From positions 129,630 to 193,629 of IMG/VR virus record IMGVR_UViG_3300021399_000101: a stretch of 64,000 nt of DNA; one strand, given 5' to 3'. This document shows positions 6,466-13,218 of this stretch, in pieces; positions within the stretch are counted from its first letter, which is position 1; each line of letters opens with the position of its first letter. A program made the translations under genes and the position numbers. The stretch is from a virus (lineage: Duplodnaviria > Heunggongvirae > Uroviricota > Caudoviricetes). A model generated the notes under the pieces. The model worked only from the letters and a program-made list of their open reading frames with translations, did not search any database and was not told the DNA's origin.

Positions 6466-6470
6466 TAAAT

Positions 6471-6552
6471 GCCCTAGTGGAGTAATTGGCAGCCTCGCCA
6501 CGCTCAAAACGTGGTGCTGAAAAGCGTGTCGGTCCGAGTCCGACCTTGGGCA
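6471..6552 (+). tRNA. tRNA-Leu(CAA)
   Basis: Anticodon arm CCACG-CTCAAAA-CGTGG; long variable arm. Confidence 0.88.
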
Positions 6553-6556
6553 AAAT

Positions 6557-6636
6557 GGGGGAGTCGCATAGCGGCAATTGCAAGACGCTGTAAACGTCCC
6601 GCCTCGGCTTCGTAGGTTCGAGTCCTACCTCCCCCA
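6557..6636 (+). tRNA. tRNA-Tyr(GTA)
   Basis: Anticodon loop CTGTAAA; long variable arm; acceptor GGGGGAG/CTCCCCC. Confidence 0.9.
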
Positions 6637-6640
6637 AAAT

Positions 6641-6712
6641 GCCTTTGTAGCTCAGCGGTAGAATAACACTATGGTAAAGTGTAGGTCGATAGTTCGATTC
6701 TATCTGAAGGCT
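6641..6712 (+). tRNA. tRNA-Thr(GGT)
   Basis: Anticodon arm ACACT-ATGGTAA-AGTGT. Confidence 0.88.
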
Positions 6713-6723
6713 TATATATTATA

Positions 6724-7161
6724 ATGAGAGAGTTAACGACTAAAGAAAAAGGAAATATTACAGAACTAAAATGTGCAACCGCATTTATTGCTTTGGGCTA
6801 TAAGATTTCCATACCATATGGAGAAGATTGCCCCTATGATTTTATTGCTGATTTAAATGGAAAACTAATAAGAATACAGTGTAAAACCTCACATAAACTT
6901 AAAAATGGAGAAGGGTTTGAGTTTAAATGCTGTTCAGTTATAATTACAACCAAAGGGGTAAAAACAACAGAATATATCAAAAATGCTTTTGATTTCTTTG
7001 CCACAATAGATAATGATACCTGTTATTTAGTCCCTCTAGAAGAATGTGGCAAAGCAAAAATTTTACGTTATTGTTATCCTAAAAATGGTCAAAAGAAAAA
7101 AATTAGTTTAGCATCTGATTTTACATTAGATAATATGATTCATAAAATAATGGCCGCATAG
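6724..7161 (+). CDS. PD-(D/E)XK homing endonuclease (I-Ssp6803I-like)
   Basis: KGNITE..C...FIALGY.ISIPYGEDCPYDFI...IRIQCKT signature; free-standing in the tRNA array. Confidence 0.8.
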   Translation: MRELTTKEKGNITELKCATAFIALGYKISIPYGEDCPYDFIADLNGKLIRIQCKTSHKLKNGEGFEFKCCSVIITTKGVKTTEYIKNAFDFFATIDNDTCYLVPLEECGKAKILRYCYPKNGQKKKISLASDFTLDNMIHKIMAA

Positions 7162-7231
7162 CCTCATCTGACTTCTAATCAGATAAGAGTAATTGGAGCT
7201 GAAAATGGGGGTTCGAGCCCCTCTGCGGTCA
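7152..7231 (+). tRNA. topologically rearranged tRNA-Arg(TCT)-like RNA
   Basis: Acceptor GGCCGCA/TGCGGTC, T arm and TCTGA-CTTCTAA-TCAGA are intact; D-loop-like AATTGG lies 3' of the anticodon arm. Confidence 0.7.
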
Positions 7232-7234
7232 AAC

Positions 7235-7306
7235 GGTTCCATAGTAAAGTAGATATTATACCTCTCCCCTAAAGAGGAGTCCTTGGTGCAATTCCAAGTG
7301 GGACTA
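7235..7306 (+). tRNA. tRNA-Arg(CCT), C33
   Basis: Anticodon arm CCTCT-CCCCTAA-AGAGG. Confidence 0.8.
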
Positions 7307-7309
7307 AAT

Positions 7310-7382
7310 GCAGCTATCGTATAACGGCTTATTATGCTGTCCTTCCAAGTCAGAGATGAGGGTTCAGCTCCCTCTAGCTGCT
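7310..7382 (+). tRNA. tRNA-Gly(TCC)
   Basis: Anticodon loop CTTCCAA; acceptor GCAGCTA/TAGCTGC. Confidence 0.85.
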
Positions 7383-7385
7383 TAT

Positions 7386-7458
7386 AGGCTCATAGTTTAA
7401 TGGATTAGAATATGTGGCCACGAACCATAAGATGTCGATTCGATTTCGGCTGGGCCTA
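7386..7458 (+). tRNA. tRNA-Arg(ACG), C33
   Basis: Anticodon arm TGTGG-CCACGAA-CCATA. Confidence 0.82.
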
Positions 7459-7464
7459 TCTCAT

Positions 7465-7535
7465 TGGGACTTAGTGTAGGGGAAACACGCCAGTCTCCAA
7501 AACTGGAATCGAGATATCGTAATTCTCAGTCCCTG
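7465..7535 (+). tRNA. tRNA-Trp(CCA)
   Basis: Anticodon arm CCAGT-CTCCAAA-ACTGG; atypical T loop. Confidence 0.8.
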
Positions 7536-7544
7536 TAAAACTCT

Positions 7545-7572
7545 TGGTGAGGGTTCGACCCCTTCAGGACCA
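7545..7572 (+). pseudogene. 3' tRNA fragment (T arm plus acceptor strand)
   Basis: GAGGG-TTCGACC-CCTTC-AGGACCA with no matching 5' half. Confidence 0.4.
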
Positions 7573-7586
7573 GTAAAGGTAATTAT

Positions 7587-8078
7587 ATGAGTACTTTATA
7601 TATACCAATTGGAATTTCGGGTTCTGGTAAAACAACCTATGGTAATAAACTAAAAGCAAAAGTTGTTTGCCCTGACGATATACGGAAAGAGGTGAACGGC
7701 AGCATTTCAGACCAGTCAAACAGCGGCAAGGTTTTTTCTATATATGAGAAAAGAATGGCTGATTTGGCAAGCAAAGGAAAAGATGTCTTTGCTTCAATGA
7801 CTCACTTAAAATATTCCTATATTAAAAATACCATAAACGCTTATAAATCAGCAACTCCTTTTAAAGTTGTTTTCATTTTGTTTGAAGACTCTTTAGATTG
7901 GAAAAAGTGTTATAACAGAATTAAGAATGATTTAGGAAACGGAGTTGACAGGTCTGATGTCCCCGAAGATGTAATCAGAAACCAGGTCGAGAGATACAAA
8001 TTGGTCAGAAGTTTGGTTTTAAAGGCCAAGCCTAGTGACTTTAAAAATGTAGAAAGTATTGAAATAATTAAAGTTTAA
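7587..8078 (+). CDS. AAA_33 / polynucleotide-kinase-like P-loop kinase
   Basis: IGISGSGKTT Walker A, PDDIR, C..R..R....R.DVPEDVI..Q pattern. Confidence 0.8.
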   Translation: MSTLYIPIGISGSGKTTYGNKLKAKVVCPDDIRKEVNGSISDQSNSGKVFSIYEKRMADLASKGKDVFASMTHLKYSYIKNTINAYKSATPFKVVFILFEDSLDWKKCYNRIKNDLGNGVDRSDVPEDVIRNQVERYKLVRSLVLKAKPSDFKNVESIEIIKV

Positions 8079-8101
8079 AGCTGCTCAAGAGCAGCTTTTT
8101 T
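8077..8101 (+). terminator. Rho-independent terminator
   Basis: AAAGCTGC-TCAAGA-GCAGCTTTTTT. Confidence 0.8.
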
Positions 8102-8102
8102 G

Positions 8103-8131
8103 TTGACAAAATCTTTTATTTGCGTTATAAT
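8103..8131 (+). promoter_or_regulatory. sigma70-type early promoter
   Basis: TTGACA-17-TATAAT. Confidence 0.85.
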
Positions 8132-8163
8132 TAAAGCAAACAAAAAAAAGGGAGGAGAAAATT

Positions 8164-8418
8164 ATGTTAGCACCTGTAAAAAATCGGTTGACATTTGATG
8201 AGGCAAATAAGATTTTGGCCACAGAGTTTGAGAATATGGATTTAAGAATTAGAGCGGAAGAAGCCTTTGAAATCAAGAGAGTTTTTAGGGGCATTTGCCA
8301 TAAGTGCAAAAGAGGCTGCGAGTGCTATATGAATGATTATCGCGGCAGCGGTATTATTTTGGCTTGCAAGTTTTTTGTTGAAGCTGAAATTGACAAATAC
8401 GGCTGGATTAAAGTTTAG
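8164..8418 (+). CDS. hypothetical protein (Cys-rich)
   Basis: GGAGGAG RBS, own promoter. Confidence 0.75.
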   Translation: MLAPVKNRLTFDEANKILATEFENMDLRIRAEEAFEIKRVFRGICHKCKRGCECYMNDYRGSGIILACKFFVEAEIDKYGWIKV

Positions 8419-8424
8419 TTTTTA

Positions 8425-8453
8425 TTGACAAAAATATTGAATTTTGATATAAT
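8425..8453 (+). promoter_or_regulatory. sigma70-type early promoter
   Basis: TTGACA-17-TATAAT. Confidence 0.85.
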
Positions 8454-8484
8454 TATAATATAAAGATAAACAAGAAGGGCATTT

Positions 8485-8817
8485 ATGGAGAGGCTTAAAA
8501 ACATTACAGCTGATGAGGGATTAACCTATATTATAGCCGGCGACGAGAATAGCGATGAAAATAACCCAACCAATCATGACTTCAGAGTATATAGAACTAC
8601 TGATGATAAAATGGTTGGTTTTCTTCATTTTCAGCAGGGCAGTTTAAGCGAAGAAGGCGTTAATGGAGTTCTTAATGAAGATTTGTTGCTTATTCTTATA
8701 GACAGAATAGAAAGTTTTCAGCGAAGCAAACTCAGATGCCGTGAAAATGAATTTGCACTAGAGCATATTTATGAAGCCCTTTGGTGGCTTTATTTAAGAC
8801 ACAATCGAAGAAAATAA
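8485..8817 (+). CDS. Tad1/Acb2-family anti-defence nucleotide sponge
   Basis: FQQG....GVNGVLNEDLL.ILIDR...FQ.....CRENE.AL.HI.EALWWL..R signature. Confidence 0.8.
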   Translation: MERLKNITADEGLTYIIAGDENSDENNPTNHDFRVYRTTDDKMVGFLHFQQGSLSEEGVNGVLNEDLLLILIDRIESFQRSKLRCRENEFALEHIYEALWWLYLRHNRRK

Positions 8818-8912
8818 CCCACTATTTGTTCAAAGAGTGGGAATAGTATATACTGCGAAAGGAATTTGTAACCTTTGTTCTAAATTGTATCGTTCCTTTA
8901 ATAGGAAAAAAA

Positions 8913-9440
8913 ATGAAAAAGGCTATCGTTGCTATGCTCTTAGTTTTCTGTATGGCAGCACTGTTCGCAGCAACAATCACAACTCAGACAATCGTTTTGG
9001 TGTCTGTTGTCGAAGAAGTCAGACCTGGTTTCAGCCTTAAGGTGAATGACGTAGTTAACGGCTTCGTCCTCTCCAACAATGGTTCTGAAGCAATCATTGA
9101 GGCTTTTGATGTCAAGAAAGACGTATCTGTAAACTTTAGTGTTTATCAGTCACTTTCAAGATACAAAGGAGGAGTTGATGTAAACATTACAATCTCGGAG
9201 CTTTGCTGTAACGGTTTTTCTACAAAAGGTATGGAACTTTATGGTCAAATCAACGAGATTGCTGGAAGAACTGGATACTCAGTTGTTTCAGGTAATAGTA
9301 TTGATTTATACTTTGATTATACCGGAAAGACAGTAGATTATTCTTCTGCCGCTGAAATTTCCGTTAAGTATAACGGAGATTCCTCCCTCCCGGAAGGTGA
9401 GTATATTTCATACATTAAAATGTCTTACGTGGTCGAATAA
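8913..9440 (+). CDS. secreted pilin-like beta-sandwich protein (orphan paralogue of the 27-31.5 kb cluster)
   Basis: Signal peptide MKKAIVAMLLVFCMAALFA; C-terminal PEGEYISYIKMSY strand. Confidence 0.65.
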   Translation: MKKAIVAMLLVFCMAALFAATITTQTIVLVSVVEEVRPGFSLKVNDVVNGFVLSNNGSEAIIEAFDVKKDVSVNFSVYQSLSRYKGGVDVNITISELCCNGFSTKGMELYGQINEIAGRTGYSVVSGNSIDLYFDYTGKTVDYSSAAEISVKYNGDSSLPEGEYISYIKMSYVVE

Positions 9441-9527
9441 GGGCGTAAATTTACGCCCTTATTTTTTTTGTTTACAAAAAACTTAAAAAATTATATAATT
9501 ATAGTGTAAAGAAAAGCGAGGAAAACA

Positions 9528-9680
9528 ATGCTCCGAATTAAGTTCAGATATAGAAATAACTACTCCAATTGGGAGTGGAGAAACCAGGAATGCATCATGA
9601 GTTCTGTTAATGTGTGCATTAAAATGTACGGTCTCGGAGACGGCTGTGATTATGAAATTCTTTCAGTAGAAGAAATCTGA
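9528..9680 (+). CDS. small hypothetical protein (50 aa)
   Basis: Own promoter (TTTACA-17-TATAAT at 9471-9499) and GAGG RBS. Confidence 0.65.
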   Translation: MLRIKFRYRNNYSNWEWRNQECIMSSVNVCIKMYGLGDGCDYEILSVEEI

Positions 9681-9681
9681 A

Positions 9682-9710
9682 TTGACGAAAATTCTGAAAA
9701 ATTTTATAAT
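9682..9710 (+). promoter_or_regulatory. sigma70-type promoter for an ORF-free 1.1 kb transcript
   Basis: TTGACG-17-TATAAT followed by AGTGTAAGAAAA. Confidence 0.8.
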
Positions 9711-9719
9711 TATAGTGTA

Positions 9720-10745
9720 AGAAAAGAAAAGAAATTTTAACAAGAAATGCTTATGATATCTAACGCCTTTTCTTGATAAAATATACGGTCTTGAGTTTTT
9801 ATAGTGGCCTGAAGTCTTTTATTTCCACCGTATTATAAATTGGAACGAAAAACGAGGCGCCTGACGGTTTGGTTGTAGACTGAAGAGCGAGAAACAACAA
9901 TTGGTAGCTCCGGAAGCTGAACATCCTTCTATAAAAGATGTAGTCCAAGGAAATTAGCACACACACTTGTCAACTGTTTAGTATAACGGGTTAATGTTAA
10001 AAGTAGCTGGCACAAGCGATTGTCCACACAATCGTGCGAATAGTATCTCCCATTAGGGCTGTGGCTTTGGAAGAGGTTGTGACATCTCTTAGATATTATT
10101 TATTTTTTACTTATAATTGGAACATGACGGTTCAAATCCGTAATAAGTAAATCTGATGGTCTATACTTTGCCCTTGTACGAGACCGTAAACAGTAAATTG
10201 GCAGGAATGTTTTAGGCGATAAGTTCCCTTGAATAATCGCAACTGAAACCGGATGCTTGTCTGAGTAGTTCGAATAGAGCGAAAAGCAAACAAGACGCTT
10301 TGGGGTTGAAGTCCTTTTGTGCGATAAAACGTGCCAAGGGATTTTGACTTGAGTGTTTGGAGAAGTGAAGGTTCGACTCCTTCACACACTCAACTGTAAT
10401 TTGGTGTTCCGTGTAAACCCAAGAGCGTTTCTTGAATGAAATAAATTGTTGTTCGGCTTATTTTGATGTTGGTAAGTGGCGGCTCAGATACACGTAGCTA
10501 GTGAAATCAGTACTTGCAACTCAAGGTTGCAACGAAAACAGTAGCTTTTGTCCTTAAACGCAGCAGACCTAGATGGGGTGTCCAGCACTCATACATATAG
10601 GGGACTTTCTCTACGCCTATACGCATTAAAACATCAACCTTCCTCCACTTTTTATATTAAAGCGTATAGGTCAATCAAAATGCGTGCTAATTGTATTAGC
10701 ATGGGAGAAGCTACGGATTTCCTCCTCCGATATATGGAAATCCAC
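9720..10745 (+). ncRNA. large putative structured ncRNA region
   Basis: No credible ORF; many hairpins, two T-loop motifs, group-I-like P7 words; bounded by a promoter and by tRNA-Glu plus a terminator. Confidence 0.5.
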
Positions 10746-10749
10746 TAAT

Positions 10750-10819
10750 GTTCCCATCGACTAATGTAGGTCGTTACCTTCTCAGGGTAGAGATATTGGT
10801 TCAAGTCCATTTGGGAATA
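10750..10819 (+). tRNA. tRNA-Glu(CTC), copy 2
   Basis: Anticodon arm TTACC-TTCTCAG-GGTAG; paralogous to 2551-2622. Confidence 0.82.
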
Positions 10820-10822
10820 AAC

Positions 10823-10882
10823 CTAGAAAAATACTACCAAAACTCCCCAGACTAGCAAACATGTTATGGTTGTATTTTTCAT
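10823..10882 (-). CDS. 19 aa hydrophobic peptide MKNTTITCLLVWGVLVVFF
   Basis: Perfect AAAGGAGGTGA Shine-Dalgarno 7-8 nt upstream of the ATG; antisense to the tRNA transcript trailer. Confidence 0.45.
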   Translation of the reverse strand: MKNTTITCLLVWGVLVVFF

Positions 10883-10905
10883 AGGACTTTTCACCTCCTT
10901 TCTCT

Positions 10906-10930
10906 GGGAAGGGGGAAACCCCTTCCCTTT
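10906..10930 (+). terminator. Rho-independent terminator
   Basis: GGGAAGGGG-GAAA-CCCCTTCCC-TTT. Confidence 0.75.
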
Positions 10931-11028
10931 AAATTGACAAAAAAAATCAAAAGATTTATAATATAACTGTAAAGAGGAAGAAATACAAAAGAAACTTCCT
11001 AAACGAAACGTGTTAAAGAGGTACGTGT

Positions 11029-11367
11029 ATGAATTATGATTTTGTTAGTATTGGAATTACGTTGGATAACGTAAAGGACTTTGAGGCCGCTCTTACTGAG
11101 TATAAGAAGACTCTAAGGGCTGGTGCTAAACAGGCAACTGCTGATAAGAAAGCCGGAGCTGCTGATGCTTGTAATGCAGCTATCGCAGATGGACAGATTG
11201 TGAAGGGTGCAACTGTTATTGTTATGTATAACAAGCAGGAAGTTTCCGGAATAGTCACAAACACTCCTACCGAAGCAGCAAAGAACATTCCTGTGAGTTC
11301 TGATGCCTTCGCAAACAAGGATAAGTTCCTTTATGTTCCAAAGCAGAATTTCGTGAGAATGGGTTAA
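11029..11367 (+). CDS. hypothetical protein
   Basis: Own promoter (TTGACA-17-TATAAT at 10934-10962), GAGG RBS, terminator near 11394-11427. Confidence 0.8.
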   Translation: MNYDFVSIGITLDNVKDFEAALTEYKKTLRAGAKQATADKKAGAADACNAAIADGQIVKGATVIVMYNKQEVSGIVTNTPTEAAKNIPVSSDAFANKDKFLYVPKQNFVRMG

Positions 11368-11453
11368 TCGTTCTTTCTGAACTTCTTATAGAAAGGCGAC
11401 TGAGTTTATTTGGTCGCCTTATTTTTTAAGGTAAAAAAATCATTTAAATAAAA

Positions 11454-11529
11454 CGGAGTCAAACGAAGCTGGTAGCAGTCGCCCATCCTTATAAGTTGGT
11501 ATAGCAAGGTTCGATTCCTTGGACTCCGA
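11454..11529 (+). tRNA. tRNA-Ile(TAT)
   Basis: Acceptor CGGAGTC/GACTCCG, loop CTTATAA, T arm CAAGG-TTCGATT-CCTTG. Confidence 0.75.
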
Positions 11530-11531
11530 TT

Positions 11532-11804
11532 ATGTCACATTCATATAGAAAAGCATATAGTCCTTGGCGCAGCGGGTCTATGCGTGAAGACAAGAGAATC
11601 TATCACCGTAGACATAGAGCAAGAGTAAGAACACTCATTAATTCTGCTAAAGATTTAGATGAACTCCATACCCCAATTAAGAACATTGAAGTATCTGACG
11701 TATGGACTATGGCACGCGATGGAAAACAATATTATGTGGAAATTCCTCGTGATTGTGATGATGATTGGTACAAGGAGTTTTATAAAAGAGTGAAAAGGAA
11801 GTGA
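11532..11804 (+). CDS. basic hypothetical protein
   Basis: HRRHRARVR...WTM.RDGK pattern, in operon context. Confidence 0.75.
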   Translation: MSHSYRKAYSPWRSGSMREDKRIYHRRHRARVRTLINSAKDLDELHTPIKNIEVSDVWTMARDGKQYYVEIPRDCDDDWYKEFYKRVKRK

Positions 11805-11807
11805 ATT

Positions 11808-12311
11808 ATGGAATACGTTGAAAATGGTGACAAAACCCTAGAATCTAGAATGGCTCAAATTGAGGAATGGAAAAAATGTAAGGACGATGCCGAGTATCGT
11901 GCTAAGGTCAAAGCCGAAATTGAATATTGGGAAGCAGTTGAAAAACTCAAAGAATATCATAAGAGAATTGAAAATATTGTCGCTTTGGCAAATAAACTCT
12001 ATTCTTATAAGGTATATGCTCCAGGTTTCGGGAGATGTGGTCTTGTTGATTTACACCCGAATTCCTATCAAGGATATCAAGAGTATTTCGGGTTGAAAGT
12101 GTATGACCATTATGGGGCTAACATAGACCATTATATTTTGTATGATAACGGCGAGTTCTATTACTGTGGTAAAAATCATGGCAGTATTTTCTGCCCTTCT
12201 GACAGGCACAAACCTGAGACCGAATATCTTAAAAGTATTTATGAACTCTTTCCTGAGTTTGAAAGCAAGTTTTATAAATGGTTCGACGAAGTTACCAAAA
12301 TTACTTTTTGA
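11808..12311 (+). CDS. hypothetical protein (paralogue of the next gene)
   Basis: Shares WK..KDD..Y...VK.E.EYWEA and KFYK..D with 12318-12797. Confidence 0.8.
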   Translation: MEYVENGDKTLESRMAQIEEWKKCKDDAEYRAKVKAEIEYWEAVEKLKEYHKRIENIVALANKLYSYKVYAPGFGRCGLVDLHPNSYQGYQEYFGLKVYDHYGANIDHYILYDNGEFYYCGKNHGSIFCPSDRHKPETEYLKSIYELFPEFESKFYKWFDEVTKITF

Positions 12312-12317
12312 GGTAAA

Positions 12318-12797
12318 ATGATGGAAAAGGGAAAAGATTATTTTACCAAGATTGATGCATGGAAAGCGAAGAAAGACGACGAAGCATATCAAGCCGCTGT
12401 AAAAGAAGAGAATGAATATTGGGAGGCTCAGGAAAAAGCAAAACAGCTTTGGCCTCGGGTGAGTGAAGCGTGCAAGGTATTTGAAAAATGTCTGGAGAAC
12501 GGAATTAAATTTAATGCAGACTTTTATGCCAGCCCAACAACCAAAGTCGGATTTTTTATAAAGTGCGATGCTAAATATGATGCAATTATCTGTTTCGGCT
12601 GGTGTATACTTAATGGCTGTTTTTATAATCACCTTATTCTAACCGAAAACGGCTTCATGGAATGTCAGTCTTGCGAGCTTCTAAAAAAAGATGATAAGGC
12701 GAAAATAACTGCTTATACCATTAATTCTCATATAAATGATATAGAGCCTTTTTTAGCCAAGTTTTATAAAGAACTTGACAAAATTCTTGAAAACTGA
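12318..12797 (+). CDS. hypothetical protein (paralogue of the previous gene)
   Basis: GAGG RBS; same shared motifs. Confidence 0.8.
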   Translation: MMEKGKDYFTKIDAWKAKKDDEAYQAAVKEENEYWEAQEKAKQLWPRVSEACKVFEKCLENGIKFNADFYASPTTKVGFFIKCDAKYDAIICFGWCILNGCFYNHLILTENGFMECQSCELLKKDDKAKITAYTINSHINDIEPFLAKFYKELDKILEN

Positions 12798-12811
12798 TAT
12801 AATTATAATAT

Positions 12812-13186
12812 ATGGCAAACCTTAGTTTCAAATTTAAGCATATGAAAAGCCCTGCCTGGGCATCTGACTCTCAGAACTCAGTCTACTTTAGAGTGATTTA
12901 TGAAGAGCAAGATATTGGATATATTGGCTTCCAAGAGAACGATTTTGGTCGTGGCCTTTCAAGAAATATGTGCTATAAGACTTATGAGCCTTATAGAGGG
13001 AAAGGTTTAACCAAAGAATATGTCAAATGTTTTGTGGAAAACAGAATCCTCGATTTAGATTGCATAAGAGCAAAAACACCAGTGGATAATATAGCCAGCC
13101 AAAAAATACTTGAGTATGCAGGCTTTGAAAATCGTGGACTTCGTGATGAAGGTGAAAAGGTTGGCTTTACTTGGAAAGCATTCTGA
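12812..13186 (+). CDS. GNAT (RimJ/RimL-like) acetyltransferase
   Basis: YRGKGLTKE and NIASQKILEYAGF motifs; promoter at 12775-12803. Confidence 0.8.
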   Translation: MANLSFKFKHMKSPAWASDSQNSVYFRVIYEEQDIGYIGFQENDFGRGLSRNMCYKTYEPYRGKGLTKEYVKCFVENRILDLDCIRAKTPVDNIASQKILEYAGFENRGLRDEGEKVGFTWKAF

Positions 13187-13218
13187 TAACTTATATCAGA
13201 ATAGGAGAATTTAACTGA

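Noticed and set aside
4704-6637. ORF-track proteins at 4704, 4718, 5735, 5841 and 6425 (also 3814 and 10132)
   Set aside because: They overlap tRNA or structured RNA sequences (for example, antisense tRNA reads such as MGLEPT and VGLEPT) and lack RBSs.
1862-7572. Theta (HDV-like) ribozymes at tRNA 3' ends
   Set aside because: Inspected the trailers by eye and found none with the P1-P3-P1.1-J4/2 order starting at the discriminator. A covariance search would be decisive.
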